A DNA stretch of 59,943 nucleotides, filler included. It is 4 parts of 4 records of this genome, joined end to end, with 100 filler letters (N's around TTAATTAATTAA, not from the genome) between each part and the next. Parts side by side here need not be neighbours in the genome. Positions count along the whole stretch, not along the records: positions 18,605 to 35,320 come from DRR723986_5005; 3 more parts are not named here. The stretch is one strand, 5' to 3'. Below, one piece after another: positions 18,606-27,733 of the stretch; positions within the stretch are counted from its first letter, which is position 1; every line of letters begins with the position of its first letter. Made by a program: the position numbers and the translations under genes. The notes beneath the pieces are model-generated. The model saw nothing but the letters and a program-made list of their open reading frames with translations. It searched no databases and was not told where the DNA came from.

Positions 18606-19769
18606 CAGCTTTCCGGCGGCCAGCGCCAGCGCGTCATGATTGCCATGTCGCTGGCCAACGAACCGGATCTGCTGATTGCCGACGAACCGACCACGGCGCT
18701 CGACGTCACGGTTCAGGCGCAGATCCTGGAGTTGCTGAAGGACCTTCAGCGCCGCCACGGCATGGCGATGCTGTTCATTACCCACGATCTCGGGATCGTA
18801 CGCAAGTTCGCCGACCGGGTCTGCGTGATGACCAAGGGCAAGATCGTCGAGCAGGGACCGGTCGCCGATATCTTCGACCGGCCGCAGCACGCCTACACCA
18901 AGCACCTTCTTACCGCGGAGCCCAAGGGCGAACCACCGGCGACGGACAAGAGCAAGCCGATTGTCGTTCAGGCCGACGATCTGAAGGTGTGGTTCCCGGT
19001 CAAGCGGGGCTTCCTGCGCAAGACCGTCGACCACATCAAGGCGGTGGACGGGATAGATGTGGAAGTGCGGCAGGGCCAGACGCTCGGGATCGTCGGCGAA
19101 AGCGGATCGGGCAAGACAACACTCGGTCTTGCGATCCTGCGCATGATTTCCTCCACCGGGCGGATTGCCTTCAACGGTGCCGAAATCCAGAAGAATTCCT
19201 GGAAGGAAATGCGCCCGTTGCGCCGGGATATGCAGATCGTGTTTCAGGATCCCTTCGGTGCGCTGAGCCCGCGCATGTCGGTGGCTGAAATCGTCGGTGA
19301 GGGCCTTCAGGTGCATTTCCCCGGTATTTCGGCCGATGAGCGCGACCGCAAGGTCGCCAAGGCCCTGGAGGAAGTCGGGCTCGATGCGTCCACCCGGCAT
19401 CGCTATCCGCATGAATTCTCAGGCGGCCAGCGTCAGCGCATCTCCATCGCACGGGCCATGGTTCTTGAACCGAAGTTCGTCATGCTGGACGAGCCGACTT
19501 CAGCCCTCGACATGAGTGTCCAGGCCCAGGTGGTCGATCTGTTGCGAGATCTGCAGAAGGCGCACGGTCTTGCCTATCTGTTCATTTCCCACGACCTGAA
19601 GGTTGTCCGCGCCCTGGCCAACGAGGTTATCGTCATGCGTCAGGGCAAGGTGGTGGAACAGGGCGCTTCCGAACAGATCTTCGATGCGCCCCGGACCGAT
19701 TACACCAAGGCCCTGATGGCTGCCGCCTTCCGCCTGGAAGCAGCACCGGAAGGTGTGGTGAGTGCGTAA
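18606..19769 (+). CDS. Peptide ABC transporter double ATPase (YejF-like), 5'-truncated
   Basis: [43 protein letters not shown]. Confidence 0.92.
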   Translation, partial: QLSGGQRQRVMIAMSLANEPDLLIADEPTTALDVTVQAQILELLKDLQRRHGMAMLFITHDLGIVRKFADRVCVMTKGKIVEQGPVADIFDRPQHAYTKHLLTAEPKGEPPATDKSKPIVVQADDLKVWFPVKRGFLRKTVDHIKAVDGIDVEVRQGQTLGIVGESGSGKTTLGLAILRMISSTGRIAFNGAEIQKNSWKEMRPLRRDMQIVFQDPFGALSPRMSVAEIVGEGLQVHFPGISADERDRKVAKALEEVGLDASTRHRYPHEFSGGQRQRISIARAMVLEPKFVMLDEPTSALDMSVQAQVVDLLRDLQKAHGLAYLFISHDLKVVRALANEVIVMRQGKVVEQGASEQIFDAPRTDYTKALMAAAFRLEAAPEGVVSA

Positions 19770-19862
19770 TCCTGACGGACCGGTCAGCGCACATGCGATG
19801 CCTTGTCCAAAGGTGTGCCGTCTGCCGGTCTTAAAGGACGGACAGTGCACTCGCTTGAGCCG

Positions 19863-20501
19863 TTATCCTTCAGTAGCGGCGCGGGCGTCCGTACAGCGCG
19901 GCAGGCCACCATCGACGCCGTTCTTGCCGTCAGCCATCTGTTCCTCAAGATCGACATCGCGCAGCAGTGGTATGTAGCCGCCCAGCTCATCCGCTTTCAG
20001 ATAGGTGCTGACCAGGATACGCGCGGGCCGGTGCTCGAAAGCAAGGCAGCCGTCGACGGCGACTTCCATATTGCCTTCGATCTTGTCCCGTTCCGCCTTG
20101 TCCATTGTCAGAAGGTACGTCTGAAAGGCCTTGAAGGCGGGGATCTTGTCGTCCGGTAGCCGGTAGATCGCTATCCGCCGGCCTTCCTGCAGTTCGGCGC
20201 TCAGCTCCGCCCGCTCGGCTTTGGACGAAACGCGGACGAAAGCAAGTTTCTCCTCAATAACCAGCTTGCCGGTCTTCTTGTCCTTCACCGTCAGCATCAT
20301 GCGTGCTCCGCCTTCCGGGATACGGATGCTGGCCGGATATCTGACGGCAACTCGCAAGCCTGCCGGGTTGGTTTTCAGAAGGTCGAAGTTTGCCAGTTTG
20401 ACCATGGTGGCAACTGGAACATGACTGCATGCAGCCAACAGAAACAGGGGCAGGCAAAGCATAACCGCAAGCAGCGAGCGGCTTGAAAAAGTGGTCGACA
20501 T
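19863..20501 (-). CDS. Hypothetical lipoprotein, paralog of 20592-21206
   Basis: Hydrophobic leader ending LLAAC lipobox; alignable by eye to the neighbouring gene. Confidence 0.8.
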   Translation of the reverse strand: MSTTFSSRSLLAVMLCLPLFLLAACSHVPVATMVKLANFDLLKTNPAGLRVAVRYPASIRIPEGGARMMLTVKDKKTGKLVIEEKLAFVRVSSKAERAELSAELQEGRRIAIYRLPDDKIPAFKAFQTYLLTMDKAERDKIEGNMEVAVDGCLAFEHRPARILVSTYLKADELGGYIPLLRDVDLEEQMADGKNGVDGGLPRCTDARAATEG

Positions 20502-20591
20502 GGAAGTTGCCTTTCGATCCGAAGACAGGAATGTGTGATTGTCCGTGGCAGGGGTGGGCGAGGTCTGGGGTGACCTTGCCCGCTTCCCCGG

Positions 20592-21206
20592 TCATGAACA
20601 GGGCGGGATCGAGTTCTCGAGGTCGTTGCGGCTTGAAGCCTGCGTGTTTCGCAGGTCGAAATTCTCCGCCAGAGCCACGAAGGTCTCCAGTTCCGATGTC
20701 TTGAGATAAGTCGAAATCAGCATTTCGCCGGTATCGTCAGCATCGAGCTTGCAGCCGGTGACGTCGATCGACAGGGATCCGCCAATCGATTGCTGACGAG
20801 ACTGGGGCATGGCCAGATACTTGGCCTGCAGTGCTCGTAATTCAGCCACCTGTTTTGCCGGGATCCGATACACAGTTACCACGTTTTCCGGTGCCTCCGT
20901 ACGCACCTCAGCTGCCTGTTCGCCGGTTGTGGTCCTTTGCAGCTCGATCCGCTTTTCCTGGACAACGCGCCCGGTTTCCTTGTCGGACAGGACAACATGA
21001 ACCGTTGCAGCTCCATCCGGAACCTTCATTCTGTCGGGATGACGGACCGCTAGCCGGAAGAGGTCCGGGTCGGTCGTGGCGGGATTGAACCGGTCGAGTG
21101 GGTCCGCAAAGGACGATGCGGTGCCAAAGGCCATCAGAAAAAGAGCAATAAGAAGGGTTCTCGCGCGCACCCGAGGGTTCGCGCCGCAAGACGACAAAAC
21201 AGACAT
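20592..21206 (-). CDS. Hypothetical exported protein, paralog of 19863-20501
   Basis: Signal peptide ending ASSFA-D; GGAG upstream of ATG 21206; shared STYLK..EL motif. Confidence 0.78.
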   Translation of the reverse strand: MSVLSSCGANPRVRARTLLIALFLMAFGTASSFADPLDRFNPATTDPDLFRLAVRHPDRMKVPDGAATVHVVLSDKETGRVVQEKRIELQRTTTGEQAAEVRTEAPENVVTVYRIPAKQVAELRALQAKYLAMPQSRQQSIGGSLSIDVTGCKLDADDTGEMLISTYLKTSELETFVALAENFDLRNTQASSRNDLENSIPPCS

Positions 21207-21388
21207 GTGGAGTGGCTCCAATTTAAGTTGCAGCGATTAATTATCGTAAAACAATAAAAAATAAAAGCAGAAAATATATGGCGCGCACTCGGTATCAGGC
21301 CTTTGGCTGGTCGCAACCAAAGGGGAAACTGGGAATTCCAGCTGAAAACCTTGTGTTTTGAATGTCCTGCAGGCGGTGACCGGCCGTG

Positions 21389-22654
21389 TCAGCGTTCCGG
21401 CATCGACCAGTCGTCCGGCTGCTTCTTGCGTTCGCGCAGCCTGAGGGCAAGACCGATTGAAACGCCAACGCCGATGGCGACGGTCAGGTCGATCAGGACC
21501 GTCAGGATCAGCGTGGTCAACAGCAACATGCGGTCGGCCATCGGGGCGCTCAGATAAGATTTCCACTTGTGCGGTTCGCTCATGCTCCAGGCTGTGAGAA
21601 CCAGCAAGGCCGCCATGGCGGGCAAGGCAAGGTATCCGGCCAGTGGGGCCGCAACCAGCATGATCAGCAAGATGGCAAGCGCATGCACCAGCCCGGATAC
21701 CGGCGTCTTGCCACCGGCACGGACGTTTGTGGCCGTGCGGGCAATGGCACCGGTGGCCGGAAGGCCGCCGAAAAGGGCAGACGCGATATTCGCGGTTCCC
21801 TGTGCCAGCATCTCGGCGTTGGGGCGGTGGCTTCCTTCGATCATCCTGTCGGCCACCATCGCGGACAGAAGTGATTCCACGCCGGCAAGGAACGCGATCA
21901 CGATGGCGGAGGGAAACAGCTCCACGACCCGCTCGACAGTGACGCTCGGCAGTGCCGGAAGTGGCAGCGTGTTGGGCAGGGCACCGAAGCGCGAGGCTAT
22001 GGTCTCTACCGGCAGGGTGGCCAGAACGACAGCCAGCGAGGCCAGTGACACGGCAACGATCAGCCCCGGAAAGGCCGGAGCCATCCGGCGCAGGACGACG
22101 ATCATTACCAGCGTGACCAGGGCAAGTCCGCTGGCGGCCAGCGATGCGGTATCACGTGCCTCCCAGAGAACGGGAAGCTTTTCCAGAAAGTCCGCTGGTA
22201 CCTCGGTGATCTGAAGGCCGAAGAAATCCTTGATCTGGCTGGAGGCGATGATGATCGCGATGCCGATGGTGAACCCGTTGACCACGGCTTCCGGCACATA
22301 GCGGATCAGTCTGCCGATCCGGAAATACCCGCCGATCAAAAGCAGTATGCCCGCCATGAAGGTTGCCAGCACCAGCCCGTCGTACCCGTGATCGGCAATG
22401 ACGCCGTAAACCACCACGATGAAAGCGCCGGTTGGTCCGCCAATCTGCACCCGGCTGCCGCCAAGAAGCGAGATGAAGAACCCGCCGACAATGGCCGTCA
22501 CCAGCCCTTTCGCAGGATCGGCCCCCGAAGCAATGGCGATCGCCAGGCTGAGCGGCAGGGCAACCATGGCAACGGTGATCCCGGCGACGAGGTCGGCACG
22601 GAAGAGCGGCAGGGAATAATCCTGCAATGTGGTAACGATCTTGGGGAGCCGCAT
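21389..22654 (-). CDS. SulP/SLC26 inorganic anion transporter without STAS domain
   Basis: DLVAGITVAMVALPL, GGSRVQIGGPTGAF, ESLLSA, PATGAIARTATN; ends just after the last TM. Confidence 0.92.
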   Translation of the reverse strand: MRLPKIVTTLQDYSLPLFRADLVAGITVAMVALPLSLAIAIASGADPAKGLVTAIVGGFFISLLGGSRVQIGGPTGAFIVVVYGVIADHGYDGLVLATFMAGILLLIGGYFRIGRLIRYVPEAVVNGFTIGIAIIIASSQIKDFFGLQITEVPADFLEKLPVLWEARDTASLAASGLALVTLVMIVVLRRMAPAFPGLIVAVSLASLAVVLATLPVETIASRFGALPNTLPLPALPSVTVERVVELFPSAIVIAFLAGVESLLSAMVADRMIEGSHRPNAEMLAQGTANIASALFGGLPATGAIARTATNVRAGGKTPVSGLVHALAILLIMLVAAPLAGYLALPAMAALLVLTAWSMSEPHKWKSYLSAPMADRMLLLTTLILTVLIDLTVAIGVGVSIGLALRLRERKKQPDDWSMPER

Positions 22655-22834
22655 GAAGGCACCGGAGAAGCAGTAAGGAAGGATGTGGATACAGTTTTCC
22701 GCACTGCACGCCCAAAATCAACTGTTTGTTGAAACGAGCATCCCGCGGCGCTTGGTCACGGGATACTCCTACCTGGAAACAGCAGTTTTGCGGGCGCCTT
22801 GAAACACAACCCAGGAGAGCGGCCAGGGTGTGTT

Positions 22835-24067
22835 CTAGCCGACCCAGCAAGTCGCGAAGAAGCCGTTCTTCTCCTGATCCTTGCCGATGGACCGGCGGGT
22901 CTTGAAGCCGATCAGGCCATCGGCGCCACCCACGTCGTGCCCCAGCCCCTCAAGCCTCTGCTGAAGGTTCCGCACCGCGCCTCTGGTTGTTTCCTTCATC
23001 GGTTTCCAGTCGCCGACAAAACCGCTGTTGTTGCCATACCTGTCCGCCAGGTGACCGACGAAGAGCGCATAGGTGTCACTCTCGTTGTAGTCCTTGATGA
23101 CGTAGAAGTTTTCCGTGGCAATGAAGGCTGGGCCGTAGCGGCCGGCAGGCAGCAGGATGTTGCCCGGCCGGTTGACCTCGTTGGCCGGAAAAGGCTTGCC
23201 GCTGACGCGCTTGACGCCTTCACGCACGAAGTCGGAAATCTTCTGGCGGTTGTCCGGACCTTCCCGCGTACATGAGACGTTGTCGGGAAGATGGACTTCA
23301 TATCCCCAGTCGCGGTCGGCGACCCAGCCATGCGCCGAGAGATAATGGGCAATGGAGGCCATCGTGTCGATGTCGGAGGTCCAGATGTTGCGCTTTCCGT
23401 CACCGTCGAAATCGACCGCATACTTCCAGAAGGAAGACGGCAGGAATTGCGGTTGACCCATGGCGCCGCCCCAGGAGCTTTTCATGCCCTGCCTGGATAC
23501 ATCGCCATTTTGCAGGATCTTCAATCCTGCGATCAGTTCGCCTTTGAAGAAGTCCGGCCTCTGGCCCATGAAGGCCTGCGTCGCCAGTACGCGGATCGCG
23601 TCATAGGGGATCTTGGCCCCGCCATAGCCCGATTCCCTTGCCCAGATGGCCAGGATGATCCGGCTGGGCACACCGTATTTCGCTTCGATCCGACCTAAAA
23701 CGGCCGCGTGTTTCTGCATCAGCGACCGCCCGCGGGGCACAAGGGCGTTGAACTGGCTGTCCCGGAAGTAGCGGCTTGGGGAACCGAACTCGGCCTGAAA
23801 GTTGATCTTGGGCGGCGTGCCCTTGCCGCCCGGCCCGACCAGCCCCGGCAGGGAGGTGTCGGGTGTCAGACCTTTCAGTTCCCGGTCGAGAGTTGCCTGG
23901 GAGATGCCTTGCTGGCGTGCCGCCGGAGCAACTTCCGAAGACAGGAACTGCCGGAACTGGGCATCATATTGGCCCGCGTTGGCAGGCAGAAAAGTAACGG
24001 TGAGGCAGCTCAGGGTCGCAAGAACAAGCTTCGGCAAACGGCAGATCACATCGGGCTCCCGGATCAC
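22835..24067 (-). CDS. Lytic murein transglycosylase, MltB/SLT_2 family, with C-terminal PG-binding-like region
   Basis: AIWARESGYG, SSWGGAMGQPQFLPSS, AVDFDGDG.RNIW, YNESDTYAL; start uncertain. Confidence 0.92.
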   Translation of the reverse strand: MIREPDVICRLPKLVLATLSCLTVTFLPANAGQYDAQFRQFLSSEVAPAARQQGISQATLDRELKGLTPDTSLPGLVGPGGKGTPPKINFQAEFGSPSRYFRDSQFNALVPRGRSLMQKHAAVLGRIEAKYGVPSRIILAIWARESGYGGAKIPYDAIRVLATQAFMGQRPDFFKGELIAGLKILQNGDVSRQGMKSSWGGAMGQPQFLPSSFWKYAVDFDGDGKRNIWTSDIDTMASIAHYLSAHGWVADRDWGYEVHLPDNVSCTREGPDNRQKISDFVREGVKRVSGKPFPANEVNRPGNILLPAGRYGPAFIATENFYVIKDYNESDTYALFVGHLADRYGNNSGFVGDWKPMKETTRGAVRNLQQRLEGLGHDVGGADGLIGFKTRRSIGKDQEKNGFFATCWVG

Positions 24068-24115
24068 GACAGGTCGGGGCAGCCTAACATGTTCCGGGTC
24101 TTCGTCCGACCGTGG

Positions 24116-24694
24116 TTAAAGTTCTGTCCAAGCCAAATTGCGTCCGGCCTGGCTCATCAGCCAGGATTTCTCGAAGCGGTACCAGCTGCCACCGCGTCTC
24201 TGGTCATGATGGCGGGAAATCGGTGCGGCCATCAGATGGCACATCAGCAAGGTGCCGACGGCGCCATGACCGACGAACAGGACCGGGTCTTCCTCGGGAA
24301 TGTGGCGCAGGGCGCTTTTGACACCATTGACGATCCGGTCCTGGGCGTCGATCGCACGTTCCCAGCCGCGAACGGAATTATACGGATCGGCAAAGAAAAG
24401 ATCTGCGGTCCGCTCGAATTCTTCAGGAGGCAGAAAGCCGGTCGCACTCCGGTAATTCTCGTGCAGGAACGGAAGCGACCGCTGAAAGACGCGGAGGCGG
24501 CCGGAGAAGACCTGCGCGGTATCAAGCGCCTTCTTTTCGGCACTGGAGATTACTTGTCGGATGTCCTTGGCAAACGGCAGGACGGTGGCTTTCGCCGCGC
24601 GCTCCCGGCCCGTATCCGACAGGCCCCACTCGGGAACAGGAACGTCCGGTTCGACAAGGACTTCCGGATGGGTCAGGTAAGCGCACCAGGTCAT
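24116..24694 (-). CDS. Histidine phosphatase (phosphoglycerate mutase-like) family protein
   Basis: YLTHPEV, WGLS..GR, SSAEKKA.DTA, LFVGHGAVG. Confidence 0.82.
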   Translation of the reverse strand: MTWCAYLTHPEVLVEPDVPVPEWGLSDTGRERAAKATVLPFAKDIRQVISSAEKKALDTAQVFSGRLRVFQRSLPFLHENYRSATGFLPPEEFERTADLFFADPYNSVRGWERAIDAQDRIVNGVKSALRHIPEEDPVLFVGHGAVGTLLMCHLMAAPISRHHDQRRGGSWYRFEKSWLMSQAGRNLAWTEL

Positions 24695-25644
24695 CAGAGC
24701 GTTCCGTCGAGCCAGCCCTTGATCAGTTCAAAGGCGATGGAAATCGAAGGCGGTATCTTGTGGCCCTCGGGATGCGTATCGGCCAGCATTTGCCGCACTT
24801 CGTCCCGGTCGCACCATTTGCAGGCTTCAAGCTCGTCGTCCTCGATGGCAATGTCGAAGGAGGTCGCCTTGCCAATACAGCCGAGCATCAGGTTCGCCGG
24901 AAACGGCCAGGGCTGGTTGGCAATCAGACGGACGTCGCCAACGACGATCCCGCTTTCCTCCAACGTTTCGCGCCGCACGGCCTGTTCGATTGTTTCTCCC
25001 GGTTCCATGAAACCGGCAAGGGTGGTGTAAATGCCCTCCGGAAGTCGGGCCGGGCGGCCCAGCAGGGCCTTGTCTCCGCTTTCGTCAGTAATCAGCATGA
25101 TCACACAGGGGTCTGTGCGCGGAAAATGCTGACCGCCGCAGGACGGGCAGTCGCGCCGATAGCCGGCTTCGGACAGATGGCTTTTCTCGCCGCAGCGAGA
25201 GCAGAACTGATGGGTGCGATGCCAGTGGATCAGGGCGCGGGCCTGGGCAAGTGCGCCCATGTCCTGCGGTGCAAATGCGTTCTGCAGGGCAAGGGTGCGC
25301 AAGTCGATAAGCTGAAGGTCCGTGCGATCCGCAAGGTCTTCGTCTGTCGCGGGCAAGGCCGTTGCGAACAGGGCCTCGCCGTTTTCCGGGCGCAGTCCCA
25401 GGAAAATCATCTCCTCCCGCACGGCCCCGAGCGAAAGGGCCACCTCCAGCCGATGCCCGACGGTAAGGTTTTCGCCCGCGACAAAGACCAAAGTCCGGTC
25501 CGTCGACAGCACGATGCGCGTATCGGGCTTTTCCAGAAGACTTGCCAGATAGGCGGTATCGCCACGCCGTGTCGATTGCCGGTCAAGCGTGTTGCCGAGG
25601 AAACTCATTTCCATGGCCAGGGAACCGGCGGGGTTGGCGTTCAT
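24694..25644 (-). CDS. nudC: NAD(H) pyrophosphatase
   Basis: Zn finger FCSRCG..CPSC, FPRTDP, Nudix box AGFMEPGETIEQAVRRETLEESG, QPWPFP. Confidence 0.95.
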   Translation of the reverse strand: MNANPAGSLAMEMSFLGNTLDRQSTRRGDTAYLASLLEKPDTRIVLSTDRTLVFVAGENLTVGHRLEVALSLGAVREEMIFLGLRPENGEALFATALPATDEDLADRTDLQLIDLRTLALQNAFAPQDMGALAQARALIHWHRTHQFCSRCGEKSHLSEAGYRRDCPSCGGQHFPRTDPCVIMLITDESGDKALLGRPARLPEGIYTTLAGFMEPGETIEQAVRRETLEESGIVVGDVRLIANQPWPFPANLMLGCIGKATSFDIAIEDDELEACKWCDRDEVRQMLADTHPEGHKIPPSISIAFELIKGWLDGTL

Positions 25645-25806
25645 GTCAAAGTCCTTGGAAGAGAAAAGGGCGGGAGGTCAATCGATGCTGGTTCTTCACG
25701 TAGTGCATTTTCCAGTTCGGAGAAACCGCTTCCTGCCGGTGCCGCCGATCACATCTGAATGCAGATTGAAACAGGTACGAGGCAGGATGTTGGGCCGCTC
25801 CGGCAA

Positions 25807-26226
25807 TCAGTCGTCGTCACCGGCAAGGGCATCCCGCAACTTCTCTATCAGAGTTTCCACCCTGTCGTGGGAATACTCCTGCGCCGGAACCGCGCCCCAG
25901 ACCGGCCCGGGCCAGGCCGGGTCGTCCCGGTAGCGGGCGATCACGTGGACATGCAGTTGGGACACCTGATTGCCGAGCGCGCCGACATTCAGCTTCTCGC
26001 AGTCGGTCACTTCGCGCAGCGCCCGGCTGGCCAGGGCGATTTCGCGCATCAACTGCATCTGGTCGGCCTCCTCCAGATCGATGAGCTCGACGAGGTCCGA
26101 CTGGCGCGGAATCAGCAGCAGCCAGGGATAGTTGGCGTCTTTCAGCAGACGGACGGTGCACAGCGTCAGATCGCTGACGAAGTAGCTGTCGCCTTCGAGA
26201 CGGGCATTGAGGGCAAAGGATGACAT
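25807..26226 (-). CDS. HIT family protein
   Basis: DANYPWLLLIP, KLNVGALGNQVSQLHVHVIAR, DPAWPGPVWG. Confidence 0.92.
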   Translation of the reverse strand: MSSFALNARLEGDSYFVSDLTLCTVRLLKDANYPWLLLIPRQSDLVELIDLEEADQMQLMREIALASRALREVTDCEKLNVGALGNQVSQLHVHVIARYRDDPAWPGPVWGAVPAQEYSHDRVETLIEKLRDALAGDDD

Positions 26227-26356
26227 GAAACACTCCGGGCAGAATTTCCCGAAGGCTACACGCTTCGTGGCGGGTTTGGGAGTGTGATTTCCCGGCGAAC
26301 AAAAAACCGTGTTGCCCTCTTGCCAAACCCCATCCTTCTTCTGATATAAGGCCCTC

Positions 26357-26454
26357 GGGAGGTTGGTGGTGGACGAGCCACTCGCCAACCGGGTCAGGTC
26401 CGGAAGGAAGCAGCCCTAACGAGCCTCGGCACGGGTCGCCGTGCCAGCCTCCCA
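26357..26454 (+). ncRNA. ffs: Signal recognition particle RNA (4.5S, small type)
   Basis: Core GTCAGGTCCGGAAGGAAGCAGC; ends GGGAGGTTGG / CCAGCCTCCC pair; lies upstream of dnaX; TTGCCA-N17-GATATA upstream. Confidence 0.96.
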
Positions 26455-26479
26455 CCCTATCCAAAGCATCAGCTTTACC

Positions 26480-26513
26480 AAAAAGCACCGTCGGTTCTCC
26501 GCGGTGCTTTTTT
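26480..26513 (+). terminator. Intrinsic terminator after ffs
   Basis: AAAAAGCACCG...CGGTGCTTTTTT. Confidence 0.88.
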
Positions 26514-26553
26514 GTTTTTCGGGCTCGGGCGCGCTGCATCTCAAATCGACAAG

Positions 26554-26589
26554 TTGACTTATTTGGTACATTGGTACCATGATAACGGC
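26554..26589 (+). promoter_or_regulatory. Putative leaderless promoter with palindromic operator
   Basis: TTGACT-N18-CATGAT ending 6 nt before ATG 26590; TGGTAC-attg-GTACCA inverted repeat at 26564-26579. Confidence 0.65.
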
Positions 26590-26850
26590 ATGGAAAAATC
26601 AGTTGAGCGCGTTCAAACCGGTGTGCGCCTGGAAAAACGGTTGCTGAAGGTCCTGAAAGGGCTCGCCGAACATCTGGACATCAGTCTTGGTGATCTGATC
26701 GAGGGCATGGCCCTGCATGCTTTTGAGAACAAGCCGCCGTTTTCGAAGGAGACGCTGGACAAGATCCGGCAACTCAAGAGTGTTTACGACCTCGATCTGA
26801 GCGCGGCCGACAGCCACAAACTGAAGGACGAAACAAATGCCGGAGCTTAG
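26590..26850 (+). CDS. Small putative ribbon-helix-helix DNA-binding protein
   Basis: 86 aa; alternating strand RVQTGVRL, helix EKRLLKVLKGLAEHL, turn DIS, helix LGDLIEGMALH. Confidence 0.75.
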   Translation: MEKSVERVQTGVRLEKRLLKVLKGLAEHLDISLGDLIEGMALHAFENKPPFSKETLDKIRQLKSVYDLDLSAADSHKLKDETNAGA

Positions 26851-27235
26851 GGATTACGCGCAGCTTTCCGATCGCTTCGAAGCTGGCCAGCTGGATGCAA
26901 AAGGCTTCAGCCATGTGGACCATATCGGCGTTGCCTGCCAGATGCTGCAGAAGTACGAGTTTCTGGAAGCGGCTTGCCGATATGGCAACGCCTTGCGCGG
27001 CCTCGCCTCAAGAGCAGGCGTGCCGGAAAAGTACAACACCACCATCACCTTGGCCTTCCTGGGCATCCTGTCGGAGCGGATGGCCGAGACGCCGCATGAA
27101 ACCTTCGGCGAATTTCTTGCCAAGAACCCGGATCTCAGCTCAAGGGCGTTGATGGCAACGTGGTATTCGGACGCGCGGCTCGGGTCGCCAGGCGCAAGGC
27201 AACGGTTTTTGTTGCCGGACAGATATCAGGGCTGA
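26837..27235 (+). CDS. Hypothetical helical protein with HxxH motif
   Basis: 132 aa; FSHVDH, KYNTTIT, NPDL, WYS..RL.S..AR..FLLPD; AGGA RBS; 14-nt overlap with upstream gene. Confidence 0.78.
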   Translation: MPELRDYAQLSDRFEAGQLDAKGFSHVDHIGVACQMLQKYEFLEAACRYGNALRGLASRAGVPEKYNTTITLAFLGILSERMAETPHETFGEFLAKNPDLSSRALMATWYSDARLGSPGARQRFLLPDRYQG

Positions 27236-27248
27236 GGAAACCGGGTAG

Positions 27249-27569
27249 CTACCGCGGTTTCCTGCTCAGGCGCTTGGCGTTTGCGCGGACACGCTTCGCA
27301 TAGGGCCGTGTGCCCTTTGCCGCGATTGATTGCCCGCCCAGCCAGTATCGCTGAAACGATGTCATCCCATCACGTAGGAACGCCATGTTCACGGCAAACG
27401 CGCTTTCCATCGCAGCTGCAGCCTTTTCGCTGATCATCCGATGAAGCTCCGGATTGGTCCTGGCCGTGCCAGCCGCAAGGTTTGCGGTCCAGTTCTGGCA
27501 GCGCAGGGCAATGACGACAGGCGCCTGGAACCAGAGGCTGAACAGGTCGTGCGAGAGTTTTCCAGACAT
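27249..27569 (-). CDS. Small helical hypothetical protein
   Basis: GGGAG RBS; APVVIALR, ELHRMISEK.AA and PY.KRVRANAKRL blocks. Confidence 0.72.
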   Translation of the reverse strand: MSGKLSHDLFSLWFQAPVVIALRCQNWTANLAAGTARTNPELHRMISEKAAAAMESAFAVNMAFLRDGMTSFQRYWLGGQSIAAKGTRPYAKRVRANAKRLSRKPR

Positions 27570-27618
27570 ATCGTCTCCCTATTGAAAACCGGCTGAAAAT
27601 AACGGCCGGCAGTTACTC

Positions 27619-27644
27619 AATGCGTGGCTTGGGCAAAGGGTTCC
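27619..27644 (-). promoter_or_regulatory. Putative EcfG/RpoE2 (general stress sigma) promoter
   Basis: Minus strand GGAAC-N17-CATT about 50 nt upstream of the 27569 start. Confidence 0.6.
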
Positions 27645-27733
27645 CTGAAGGTATTGCGGCCCGGGGCAGTCCGACGCACAAAAACTTTCAAAAGCCCGTC
27701 CCACTTTTCGAAAAAATGGTTATGGTGCGGCTC

